Made by a program: the position numbers and the translations under genes. Source: Carcharhinus longimanus (lineage: Eukaryota). Taken from it: DNA of 64,000 nucleotides. Below, in pieces: positions 23,611 to 35,529 of this stretch. The stretch's first letter is position 1. The number at the start of each line of letters is the position of its first letter. The notes below the pieces were generated by a model, which was not told the DNA's origin, ran no database searches, and worked only from the letters and a program-made list of their open reading frames with translations. The stretch spans positions 149,623,031-149,687,030 of the forward strand of contig JASCQW010000001.1 in the NCBI GenBank assembly GCA_030264375.1, given 5' to 3'.

Positions 23611-24774
23611 TAAGATCATGAAGGAGATGAATGGAGTGGAAAGAGTGACGACGTTTCCAATTGTGGGCAGCCCAAAACTAGTGGCCATAAGACATACAAG
23701 ACAGGCCATATTAGACAGTTGCCGTCAAACAAGGAATTCAGGACGAGATACTTGGAGAGTAGTAAGAATGTAGAACTTGCCACAACTTTGGGTGGTTGAG
23801 GCAATTGGTGTAGATACACTTATGAAGAGGATAAATAAGTGCATGAGATAGGAAGGAACAGGCAATGTTGATAGTGTGAAATGAAATATTGTGGGAAGGG
23901 GTATGTGTTTTGTATAAACATAGGGGATAAGTGGTCCATTCTTTATGAATTCTACAAAGCTGCAATGCTGAGGACTTCAGAAAACCAGTTTAAGTCATCC
24001 ACTTGAGTGAAGGTGGTTGTGAACATCTTTTTCAAGTGCAAAATGCCTTTAAAGACATCAGTGCTGGATATACTAGTTAGCCAATCGTCAGAGAGACACA
24101 TAAAATGTCCTATATGCCAGAATTCTACCCCACCGCCTGTCACAGAATCGGAGTGGAATTTGGCTGCACAGTCATAAATGTATACGGAGTATGTGGAGCA
24201 CCGGTGTTCAGGATGATTGTGGAGAAGGTGTTGTTGCCTATCCTTACTGATTATGATCTGTGAAGTTCAGGATCCAGGCGCTGAGATCTTTTCTTAAAAA
24301 TAAAGGAACAAAGAGAAATAGCCATTCAAACAATGCTCATGAAAAATGTGATAGTGCAACTTAGCACTAGCTAAAATGAAGAAACACATTGTAAAATGAT
24401 AAAAAAAACACTTCAGATAATTGTTATTCTTGATAGAAGTCAGTCAGGGAGGTGGCAATAGAATTTTCTTCCAGAGAAGCTCCAAGCATTTGAATGGTTG
24501 GGTCTCATTTGTATTTGATTGGCGAGCTGTAACTGTTAAACCAAAGCTCACGAGCAGCCAGTCAGTTAGTGAGAGTGTAGCCAATTTTGGCATTTCTTCT
24601 GTGAAACCAAAACAGATATCAGGACACAAGATGGGAAGATGGCAATCTCGGACGGATGTGAAAGGTCAGGTACCCTCATGGAAATTTTTTTGTGGGACCA
24701 GGCGAGACCTTCACTCATCTCTTGGCCCCACAAATATAATTTCCAACATGTGCTGTCTCTAGTGTAGTGTTCAG

Positions 24775-25160
24775 TGGGGAAATGGTTCTGGAGCAGTACT
24801 GTCACTGAACAAGCAAACCAGAAGTCTAGGCTCACGCCCTGGGTAAAATTGCGTCATGGTAGCTGGTGGAATTTAAATTCATTAAAAAGAAATCTGGAAT
24901 TGAAAGCTAGTCATGGCAATGGAAACTGTGAAACTATCATATGTTGCAAAAATCCATTTGGTTCACTAATGTCCTTCAGGGAAGGAAATTTGCTATCCTT
25001 ACCTAGTCTGGCTTACATGTGACTCCAGAGCCATAACAATGTGGTTGAGTCTTAACTGCCCTCCGAAATGGCCTGGTAAGTCACCCAGTTCATGGGCAAT
25101 TATCGATGAGCAACAAATACTGGCCTTACCAGCCCACATCCCATGAGAGAATAAAGAAAA
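24775..25160 (+). mobile_element. SINE family C, near full length
   Basis: tRNA-like head, GGTTCACTAATGTCCTTCAGGGAAGGAAA core, GGGCAATTA..GCCCACATCCCATGAGAGAATAAAGAAAA tail. Confidence 0.8.
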
Positions 25161-26452
25161 AGTATATATTTTAAGGACCATTGTTTGGAAAGAGCATCTG
25201 AGATGCACACTTTGTCTGTTGGTGCCTAAATTGTTCATTGGGATTCTTTGCATATCATGGAATTCCGATTCAGTGACTTTCATAAAGTATCTGCTTGAAA
25301 TATGCAGGGGGTAAAATTAGTATTGGGCAGCCCATTTTATACCCAAACCAAATTTCTCCCATTAACTCCTAATCAACCAATCAATTGGCTGCCATCCTTA
25401 CCTCCCTGCCCCCTCCACCCCCAAAGACTTTTGAAAACATGAGAGGGAAAGAAAGTTATTGGTTCTGAGACTTTTGCCAATGTTGTAGGTAGCTGTTCCA
25501 TGCAATAGTTTGCAAAAATCTTCCAGTTCTATTTTAAGCTGTATTATTGACACCTTCATGTGCACATAATGGAAATTATGCAGTTCTGCACTGTCAATAA
25601 TTATCTAGTTTAGGACGCTTTCTCTTTGCTAGCATGGTTGCTAGGAGATTGGTGGCTTGTTGTCCGGGACTTGCAAGAGAAAAAAAAATTGTGTTATGTT
25701 CCAATAAGGGGAGAAAAATGGTGCTGTAAACCTGTACTTCCAGCCCAGAAAGCAACGGGAAATGTATTTACTCTGGCATGTTGTGCAGTTTTACTTAGTA
25801 AACTATAGCAGCATTCCAGGATACAAGTCTGCACTGAAGCCTTTCATTTCAGAGGGAGTGTAATCCCCATGTTAGGGAAGCAGGCCAGAATTTTACAGAG
25901 CCCAAAGGAGTATGATGGTAGGTAAGGAAAGGATAGTTGTAAAATTGTTTGTACTTGTAGGATGGCATTCCCATTTCTTTCCCACTGCCACTGGCATTTC
26001 ATCAATGGTGAAGAAGATGGTGGACAATTTGTCCACTCTTAGGCCAATTTAGGTACTCAAGTGGCCAATTAAGGGTCATTTAAGGGCCCCTTCCCATTTC
26101 TTTTGGTAAAGCCACTTTGTCTTGTGGAGAGACTGCTTGGTGGCTTCACTGCAGGCTCAGAGGGTGCTATCCTAATCGGGCATTTTATGCCCAAGGATGT
26201 CTACCTGGCGGCAAGAACCAGTCTTTTCATCCCATTATGACTGATTTTAGCCTCCTCAAAGGAGCCTGCCTGCTGGTCCTGATGAGTCCAAGCTGACTTA
26301 CCTCCATTCCAGTACATCTTCGATGGTAGCTGCTCCAGGGCTGGCTCAATCCCAGAAATGGTCACTGCTGCAGGGGTGTTGTGATATGACGTGCATACGC
26401 CTTTAAAAACGATACCTTGGACTACTCTCAATCACTACCACATTGAGGTGTG

Positions 26453-26579
26453 GGGTGGGATTTTCCCATCCCGCCCGCCACAGTAATTGTAGCAGGCGAG
26501 ACATGGACAATGCAAAGGTCTGTTGATCTCGGGCAGGATTTTCTAGTCTTGGGGTGAGCATGGCTGGAAAATCCCGCCC
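26453..26579. mobile_element. 127-bp MITE
   Basis: TIRs GGGTGGGATTTTCC / GGAAAATCCCGCCC (13/14 complementary). Confidence 0.75.
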
Positions 26580-26595
26580 ATAATGCAATAGCCAT

Positions 26596-26900
26596 TGTGT
26601 ATGTGGTGTATCTTTAAGACAGTACAGCAGAAGTGAGTCGCTTGACTTGAGAGACCAATGGAAACTGAGAGTGAGTGATCACACCAGAGGGTGGAGTCCT
26701 TCCTCAGGCAGAATTACCAGGTAGCTGTGTAGTGAGTATGTAAGGACTGGAGTTGTTGCTCCAGGGCAGCCAAGAGCCACAAACTCCTGTCGTCAAGCTT
26801 TCCTTATCAATAAATACCTTGCGTTCCTGGCAAAGCCTGAAATCTCTTGACAAGCTATAAGAGATACAACATAAAATATTGACAACAAGATGGAATCGAT
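26596..26900 (+). mobile_element. Possible LTR with a decayed PBS
   Basis: TGTG...TACAACA (26871) ends, internal AATAAA at ~26809, then TAAAATATTGACAACAAGATGG resembling a decayed TGGCGACGAG-type PBS. Confidence 0.35.
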
Positions 26901-27779
26901 TGAATGGCATAGCCTACCTGTGAGTTTAATTGAAAATTGAAAAAGAGGGCTACCTTTGGGCCAACAGACTCAGTGAGAGTTGTTGAGCTATCGCCAGGCT
27001 CTGAGGGGCAGTCGAAGGAACCAAATCCAGTGCAGCCAAGCAAGTAAAGTGATTTGGAAAGGTATTTTTCAAAATTGGAATGAACAGAAATTAATTAGCC
27101 TTCAGGAGCAAGGAAAGAGAAACTAAATAAAAAATATTTTTTTTTGAAATAAAAGGAAGCTATACCCAGCTAGAAGCTGTTTCAGATTTGAAAATAGTAT
27201 GGAAATGGAAGTCAGAGATTTGCTTCAGTTAAACAAGTTCATAGTAAAAGGAACAATTGGCCCAGGGAACTGCAGAACCTCTCCTGTAAGCATGGGACAA
27301 CGAAGAGACTAAGGGGGCGATCATAACAAAAAAGCTCTCATTGTTGAAAAGTGCATAAACTGGAGAGAATCATACCCATTTTTGGGCAAGCTCCCAGATA
27401 CAATAATATGGCACTTAGGAAAAAAGATTAGGAACACTGTGATTCTCGCCAGTAGGGGGGAGTGGATGGAATTTTTTCATGCCGGTAAGCTGGCTGCGGA
27501 ATGCTACGGGTGTTATTGCGTATGTGTCATGGTCTCCCAATACACTGTACTTAAGTGTACACAGTGAGTGACAGATCTCTCAACCCCCAACCCCCTGGAC
27601 ATCGATCCTCCCATCCCAATTGCCGCCAACCCCTCCTTCCCCCGAATGTGGGCCTAATCCCTCCACCTGACTGATTGCTGGTCCCGATTCATGCCCCTTC
27701 ATTGCTTCAATGTGACCCCCCCCACCCCACCGCGGTCTCACATCAGGCCCTTTGCCTTTTGTTCTTAATGTTGCTACAT

Positions 27780-28525
27780 TTTAAAAATTTATTTGTGGGA
27801 CATGGGCATCACTGGCTGGCCAGCATTTGTTGCCCATCCCTAGTTGCCCTTGAGAAGGTGGTGATGAGTTGCCTTCTTGAATCACTGCAGTCCACGTTCT
27901 GTGGGTTGACCCACAATGCCATTAGGGAGGGAATTCCAGGATTTTGATCCAGGGAATGTGAAGGAATGGTGATATATTTCCAAGTCAGGATGGTGAGCGG
28001 TTTGGAGGATAACTTGCAGGCGGTGGTCTTCCCATTTATCTACTGTCCTTGTCCTCCTAGATGGAAGTGGTTGTGGATTTGGAAGGTGCTGTCTTTGGTG
28101 AGTTGCTGCAGTGCATCTTATAGATTGTACACATTGCTGCTACTGAGCGTCGGTGGCAGAGGGATTGAATGTTTGTGGATATGGTGCCAATCATGCAGGT
28201 TGCTTTGCCCTGGATGGTGTCAAGCTTCTTGAGTGTTGTCAGAGCTGCATCCATCCCGGCAAGTGGGGAATATTCCATCATACTCTTGACTTGAGCCCTG
28301 AAAATGGTGGATACGCTTTGGGGAGTCAGGAGGTGAGTTGTTCATTGCAGTATTCCTAGCCTTTGACCTGCTCTTGTAGATACTGCGTTAATGTGGTGAG
28401 TCCAGATGAGTTTCTGGTCAATGGTAGCCCCAAGGATGTTGACGTTGGGAGATTCAGTGATGGTTACACCATTGAATGTCAAGGGGTAGTTGTTAGAGTT
28501 TCTCTTATTGGTGATAGTCATTGCC
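27780..28525 (-). mobile_element. CR1-group LINE (type B) 3' fragment, within a C-rich DNA-element-like repeat (~27313-28745)
   Basis: Minus ORF MEYSPLAGMDAALTTLKKLDTIQGKATCMIG..SLCHRRSVAAMCTIYKMHC is an ORF2 post-RT region; its 3' tail is the same as that of SINE family C. Confidence 0.82.
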
Positions 28526-28752
28526 TCCCTGCCGATCCCCAGTGCAGTGTGTACCCCTCTGCCTCCCTGTCATGACCCCACTCCTTCTGGCACCACCCTC
28601 TTCACTGCCTTCCTGGGCATGAGACTGATTACGCTGGCAGAATGCAACTAATAACATCATGAGAGGTGAGAAAACCAGTTTGTCACCCTCATCCAATCTT
28701 CCTGGCTCATCACGCCAATCGACCAGTAGGACAAACCGGTAAAGTCACCGAT

Positions 28753-29040
28753 GGAATCACAGAAACCCTACAATGCAGAAAGAGGCCATTTGGCCCATCG
28801 AGTCTGCAATCGACCACAATCCCACCAGGCCCTACCCCCATATCCCTACATATTTACCCACTAATCCCTCTAACCTATGCATCTCAGGACAGTAAGGGGC
28901 AATTTTAGCATGGCCAATCAACCTAACCCACACATCTTTGGACTGCGGGAGGAAACCGGATCACCCGGAGGAAACCCACGCAGACACAAGGAGAATGTGC
29001 AAACTCCACACAGACAGTGACCCGGGCCAGGAATCGAACA
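28753..29040 (-). mobile_element. HE1-like V-SINE, tail A, 5'-truncated
   Basis: V core GGAAACCCACGCAGACACAAGGAGAATGTGCAAACTCCACAC and CR1-type tail. Confidence 0.88.
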
Positions 29041-30019
29041 AACTGTCACTATATTATAATCTTCCCTGATGTAAAGTACAGAATATAAAATAAAATGCCG
29101 GAAATGCTCAGCAGTCAGACAGTGGTTCGAGAGAAGCAGGTGATGAATATTGAGGATTAGGATGCTATAGATTGTGGATTTGGGAGTTATCATTTATTGC
29201 ATTCACATGCAGTTATCCTAAAGTCGATATCTGGATGATGTATTAAATAAGCATCAGTTGACTGTGGCTCTTCTAACATTTCATTTCTACCTCCCACCCT
29301 TTTCCAGTTGGATCATGCTAACGTGGAAACAAAACCAAAAGTGTTTTTATTGTGGGAATAAAAAACTAATCATTAAGCACTTTGTGTTCAGAATATTTAA
29401 TGGAAATCCATTGCATTTAGTACAGCAACACCACTGTTATCAATAGTTTCCTTGGTTGCAACATTTTTGGTAAATTATCCTCAGTTTGCTATTAGATGGA
29501 ATTTTTATCATAAAATTAGTATCCAATAAGTCTTAATTTTACGCATCTTAAAGTTTGCTTTGAATTTAACTACTGAGAAGTTTGGTAAATACTTCAATCA
29601 TCCAGAACTTTTGATTTCTAGTGATCCATAAGCTAAATACATTAATTTGATTAAAATAGCAAATTACACATTCTACCAGACACTTGGCCATTTGCTAAAT
29701 ATGTTTTGGCAATTCTGAATTTTTGTCTTGTAGCTCCCAGAAATCATTTCAAACAATTAAAAACTTCTTCAGGTTAAATGAAGATTGCAGAGCCTTGTTC
29801 CAGTGAATGGAGGGATGCATCAATTGTGGGACTTGGAGTAAAAGCGGCAGACAAATTTTGATACTGATTGAATGTCCACGGGCTGGTAGAATAGAGTTGG
29901 GAATAAGAAAAGAGCTTCCGATAATGGAGGACGGAGAAACAACAGTCGAATGCTGACAAAGAAAAGGAGACTGCAACTTGAATAGATTATGCAATGAAGT
30001 AAAGACCACATTTATTTTT

Positions 30020-30185
30020 CTAATGTCCAAAGATGTGCGGGTTACGGTGTTTGACGTGGAAAATTGCCCCATAATGACAGGGAGAATAGCAGGGTAAATA
30101 CATGCTAAGGGGATAGGGATTGTTGCAGAGCAGACATAATGGGCCAAATGGCCTCCTTCTGCACTGTAGGGATTCTATAGCAATA
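30020..30185 (+). mobile_element. HE1-like SINE 3' fragment (tail A)
   Basis: GTCCAAAGATGTGCGGGTT ... GGCCAAATGGCCTCCTTCTGCACTGTAGGGATTCTAT. Confidence 0.75.
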
Positions 30186-30449
30186 GAATCTGATCATCTG
30201 CTTCCACCATCCTCTTAGCTAGCCAGATCCAGGTCATCACCATTTGTGTAAAAAAAAAAGTAGCATCCCTCAGCATCTTAGATTTAAACCTCTTTATAAA
30301 TCTGTGTCCCATAGTTCTTGTGCTATCAGCTAATAGAAACAGCTATTCTTTTGTCTACCTTATCTAAAACTGCCATAATCTTGTACACTTCTATCAAATT
30401 TGTCTTCAGTTTCCTTTTTAACAAGGAGAACCATCCCAGGTTAACTAAA

Positions 30450-30720
30450 TCAAAAGCAAATACTGCAGATCCTGGAAACTCAAATAAAAATTGAAAATGC
30501 TTGAAAAACGCAGCAGGTCTAGCAGCCTCGCTGAAGAAAGAGAAACTGACTTAATGTTGTTTCAGGGCTCTGAAAATGCTCTTCTGACCTGATTTCTGAT
30601 ATGCTCTGTCTGAGGTCAGAACTCTCCATTCACCTGACGAAGAGGCAGTCCCCTCGAAAGCTTGTATTATCAAATAAATCGGTTGGACTAAAACCTGGTG
30701 TTGTCAGACTTTTTACTGTA
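30450..30720. mobile_element. Penelope-like terminal fragments including a hammerhead-like motif
   Basis: AAAATGCTTGAAAAACGCAGCAGGTC segment, then CACCTGACGAAGAGGCAGTCCCCTCGAAAGCTTG...AAATAAATCGGTTGGACTAAAACCTGGTGTTG. Confidence 0.6.
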
Positions 30721-32214
30721 TTATGGTATTGACATTGGGTTAGTGGCCTGACGTCATCACGATGGATTTTGCAGGATAGCAGCAGTCCTGATTTTCAAAC
30801 ATGGAATCCTGGCCACAGTGTAAGGCATCAGGCAAACAGGACATCTGGGTCTCTGCAGGAAGTAATCGAGAAATATTAATCCATTGAATGCCCTGTCGTT
30901 CTAGGTGTCAGAGTTTTCAAAAGTTCACAAACTATTAAAGGGTTTAAGTAATATGCAGCCTCTGGAAAGGCTTCCAGTCTTTGAGATTCCTTATTGAATC
31001 ACCCATTGATTCTAATTATACAGGATTTGCTCAGGAATGTAAATTGGGGATGTCATTTATGCAGCTGTTGCCAGAGGTGACATAATGCTGTCATACTGTG
31101 ACACTCGAGGCACCAACATTCTCAGCAAGTTATTTTGTTGCTCCTTGAGGGAGAGGGCCAAATTCTGTCCACATGGCTCAAAACATCACTTCAATATCTG
31201 GAGTCACCCACGGAAATGCCACTACAATTTCATCCTTTACTAAACCTTTAAAATTTTCATGCAAAATTGAAACATTGGGTGGGATTATGTCATGCGCCCG
31301 CTTGCAGGTTCCGTGGTGGACAGGGGTGGAAAATTCAGCAGGAATCCAAAAATCTGTCTTATGCTGCTGTGAGTTTCCTGCAGCGTCTTCTGCTGGTGCC
31401 TGCCATGGCAGACTAGGAAACCTACTAGAAGCTGTCATGAAAACAATTTGCATCCTCCTAATGGGATGCAGGTGAAGGTCCAACCAGATTGTTTCACCCA
31501 CGCCCAACTCTCTGCATTGTCAGTAGTAAACTACACGAGTCCAGAGCATGTCTAGAACAATGTGATGTGCAGAAGTCGGGACTTACCTGAAGAATGCCTG
31601 GGGTTGCCTCCAATGCTTGGGATGGGAGCCACCTGCAACCCTGAGTGCCTGAATACCAAATTAGTGAGTGGGTGGAACAGTTACAGATGGATCTTCCAGG
31701 TTCAATGCCATTGAGGAGGTCCATCGTCTAACCTTGGGGTGTTCCTGGTATCCATCCTTTTCTTCAGGAGATCCATCTTCTTCCTTCAATGGCGGGTCAA
31801 TGTCGTTGGGTACATTTGAAACATGGCTTCCAGGTATGGTGGTAAAATGTGCGTCGTCATGTGCGCCCTATCGTGGAATATGGTGTTAAATGCCCAGGTG
31901 CATAATTACAGAGCTCAGGGCTGGAGGGTAGGATGTGGTTTCCCATCAGTCTCCATAATAGAAAAACTCCCAGCCCCTGCCTCCAACACGGAACTTGTCC
32001 CAGATAAGAGAATTTTGGCCATTGTCTTGGGGGTGAAGCTTACATCGCTTATATATTCTAAGATACCCCTCCAGGTCTACTTCAGGGTCTACCTGCAAAT
32101 GAAAGTTTTTTACTGGGGGGAACAGGAGTCTTTTGTGTGCTTACACTAAAATCTCCAGAACTATATCTCAGAATCAAAATGTCCTTCCTTCCATACTAAT
32201 GCTCAGTATGAGAA

Positions 32215-32545
32215 GGTAGTGGCATAGGGGTATCGTCACTGGACTAGTAATTCAGAGACCTGGGGTAATTGTCTGGGGACCTGTGTTCAAATCCTACCAT
32301 GGCAAATGCTAAAATTTGAATTCAATAAAAAATCTGAAATTAAAAGTCTAACGATGACCATGAAACTATTGTCGTAAAAACATACCTGATTCATTAATAT
32401 CCTTCAGAGAAGAAAATCTGCCATCCTTACCTGGTCAGGCCTAGATGTCACTCCAGTCCCACAGCAATATAGTTGACTCTAGTTGCACTCAGGGATAGGT
32501 ATTTAATGGCCCAGCCAATGATGCCACTTCCCATGAACAATAATA
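32215..32545 (+). mobile_element. SINE family C
   Basis: GTGGCATAGGGGTATCGTCACTGGACTAGTAATTCAGAGACC..GTTCAAATCC head (A/B-box-like) and the shared core and tail. Confidence 0.8.
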
Positions 32546-33200
32546 AGGCCTCAGAACAAAAATCAGCTTCCATGTGTGAAGAAACACATTGATATCCTTT
32601 GCATTTTATAGTCACAGATTAACGTCAACCCACACTCTGGATTTACTGCTTCATTTCCTCTAAGCTGTCCTGACTGATTTGCCCATTTGGTTCAGCAGCC
32701 AGTTTGTTTTGGTTAATGTCTCAGCTTGGATCTGTAATTCTCCATTTGCCAGCCAAGCTTGATCCATGTTATTTTCCTCAGTAATGGACTTTGAAAAACA
32801 ATGACTTGGGCAGCTTTCTAGAAATGCCAATGCGTCCATCCTATCTTTCCTTGCTGTTTTCAGTCTCCTCCCTTTGTCCAATTGCCATTCTTCTCAAACC
32901 CTACCAGTTTCAAAGCATGGATTTATTTTTTAGTTTAATATTAACACTCTTTGACTGAAGTTTAACCAATAATCAAAACGGTTTTATTGTTTGATCAAAA
33001 TTTGACTGCAATTTTGGCCAAAAGCATTCATCACTAATCTTTCCAACTTGTTTCCAGCATTGGCTGTAGGTCAGAAAAATTCNNNNNNNNNNNNNNNNNN
33101 NNNNNNNNNNNNNNNNNNNNNNNNNNNNNNNNNNNNNNNNNNNNNNNNNNNNNNNNNNNNNNNNNNNNNNNNNNNNNNNNNNCAGCTGACAGGAGGAATT

Positions 33201-33503
33201 TTTTTTACTTTATTCCAATCCAATCAAATCACAGCCAGAGTCCCAATAAGTTGAGACATTCCCGATCCAAGCTGACAAGACAGGGCGCTCACCTCCTGTC
33301 TTGGGCTTGATCTACATGATCCAAGCTGATTGGAGTAGGTGTAGCTCCCCCTCCAAGGCTTGATCTTATTTGCATCTTAGCCAAAAGGCCGAAATGCCAC
33401 TTGAAAAAATTGCTTCAAAATGAAGCTGAAATGTAACCTAATAACTTCAACCAAGTGCAGCATGTCAACACTACACTTGATCTTAGCCAAAAGGCCAATA
33501 AGC
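33201..33503 (-). mobile_element. U2 snRNA-headed retroposed element (candidate SINEU or non-autonomous U2-targeting LINE derivative)
   Basis: Head matches U2 nt 4-37 at 32/34; 3' end AATAAAGTAAAAAAAA; flanked by AGCTGACAGGAGG(A/T)ATT at 33184-33200 and 33501-33517. Confidence 0.8.
33470..33503 (-). pseudogene. U2 snRNA 5' fragment (nt ~4-37), not a functional U2 gene
   Basis: GCTTATTGGCCTTTTGGCTAAGATCAAGTGTAGT versus U2 GCTTCTCGGCCTTTTGGCTAAGATCAAGTGTAGT; the rest of U2 (Sm site, 3' stems) is absent. Confidence 0.88.
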
Positions 33504-33799
33504 TGACAGGAGGTATTCCTGAGGATGTCAAAAGCCCAAAAATTATCAGCTTCAGGATTTGGGCAGGGAGGTCAGTGTGCACCTCTGGCTACCCACTCTA
33601 AGGGGCTTCTGATAAAGGACCTCCTCATCTGAAAGCCCCAAAATTCATAGGCACCAGCAACGAGAAAGCTGCTGGCCAAGCAGATTGGTGAGCAGCTCTA
33701 TAAGGTGGGACCCCCTCCTGAGGGCAGAAGCCTTGTCTACGGTCAATTAACAGAATGGCAGGATCCTTGCTGACTCTGGATGGCAGGTCAGGAAATACC

Positions 33800-34550
33800 A
33801 CCATTCCAAAAGTAAGGGAACAAACAAGGGTTAGCAAAGAGGCATGCACTAAGCACACAGCAAAAAGAATGAGAAATGTGGAGTGATTGAGAAAGAAATC
33901 AAAAACAATTAGGAAGACAAATATAAAATATTTTACAGGCACATCAAAAAAAGACTGTGATAGGAATAAAATTAAGGGATATAACACAACAGGTAATGAT
34001 AGATGGCAGAAATATTAAATAATTATTTGGCTTCCATATTTACCAGGGAGATTGAATGACAAGATGAGTAAAGTAAGTGCATTTAAAACAAAAACAAACT
34101 ACATCTCAAAGATGGTAAAGCTCTGGTCTGGGTGGACTGCATCTAAGGAAGAAATAGCAGAGGCATTACTAATTGTATTCATGTTGTTTGAAAAATGCTG
34201 ACTGATGGATAGTTATGCAATTCCAATTGGGTCAGAAATATCCAGGGAATTATAGACCAGTCAGTTTAACATAACCACCCAAGTGACAGAAGGGGGAAGT
34301 GGTGTTCCACAAAGGTTAGTGCTGGGACCACTGCTCTACACAATTTATATTAACCTTGGTTCAAACATGGACAAAAGAGCTGAATTCCAGAGGTGAGGTG
34401 AGAGTGACAAGCTTTACATCAAGGCCACATTCAACCAAGTGTGGCATCAAGGAGCCCTAGCAAAACTGGAATCAATGGGTGTCAGGGCAAACTCTCCCCT
34501 GGTTGGAGTCATACCTGGTACATAGGAAAATGGTTGTGGAGGGTCAGTCA
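33800..34550 (+). mobile_element. Degraded CR1 and CR1-group LINE fragments
   Basis: CCAGGGAATTATAGACCAGTCAGTTTAAC (PGNYRPVSL) and AGTGGTGTTCCACAAAGGTTAGTGCTGGGACCACTG (SGVPQ..VLGPL). Confidence 0.65.
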
Positions 34551-34552
34551 TT

Positions 34553-34872
34553 TCAGAACCATAGAACCCTACAGTGCAGAAAGAGGCCCTTTGGCCCATC
34601 AAGTCTGCACTGAACACAATCCCTACCTATTATACCCACTAATCTCTCTAACCTCCGCTACCATGGACACTAAGGGGCAATTTCTTAGCATAGCCAATCT
34701 AACCTGCACATCTTTGGACTGTGGGAGGAAACCGAAGCACCTGGAGGAAACCCACGCAGACACAAGGAGAATGTGCAAACTCCACACAGACAGTGACCCA
34801 AGCTGGGAATCGAACCCAGGTCCCTGGGGCAGTGAAGCAGCAGTGCTAACCACTGTGCTGCTATGCCACCCC
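34553..34872 (-). mobile_element. HE1-like V-SINE, tail A
   Basis: Full head, V core and CR1-type tail in reverse. Confidence 0.88.
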
Positions 34873-35529
34873 TGAGACTCTAAGGCTCTGGCAGTGGTCC
34901 CCGCATTGGGGAATACAAGCTGGAGCTGTTTGTCTTCAAGCCTATTTGTTCAAGTCTGCATTGGGCTTTGCTCCAAATACAATGGACAGAAACAGGGCTG
35001 AAACAACACAGGGCCATTTCTACAAGCTGTGCTTCCATCTAATGAGGCTCCATCGCTGGAGTGGAGCTTCACAAATCTACTCTTGTAAGATTGATTCAGG
35101 ACCACTTGGACCACTGCATGAGGCAAAATAATGAGCTAGTTTTGCTGAATGTTGCAAAGCTATCTTGTGAATCTCATTTAGATACAGTATAGGCTCAGTT
35201 TGATTCTTCTACAAGGAGTACATTCAAAGCAGACTTGTAGAATATCAGCAGCACGCATCTTTTAACGGCCTGCTGCCTATAATTAAAAGGATTACATGTT
35301 CTAAGTCTTTGGAAAGCTCGACACTTAGGATGAAAAATGATAGACAAAAGTGAAAGTCATGCAAATGCGAAATGGAGTTTGTGAGAAATGGCAGACTTGC
35401 AATATCTCACCGAACTGACAGTTGGGGTTGTGGGCATAATCACGCACAATCCCGAAATCTGACTCTTCTTCAGTATTTCAGCGTGATAGAAATGTAAATG
35501 AATCATATTGGGCTTGAAGCATTAACACA

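Noticed and set aside
33470-33503. Functional U2 snRNA gene
   Set aside because: Only ~34 nt match, with no Sm site or 3' stems; it is part of a retroposed unit.
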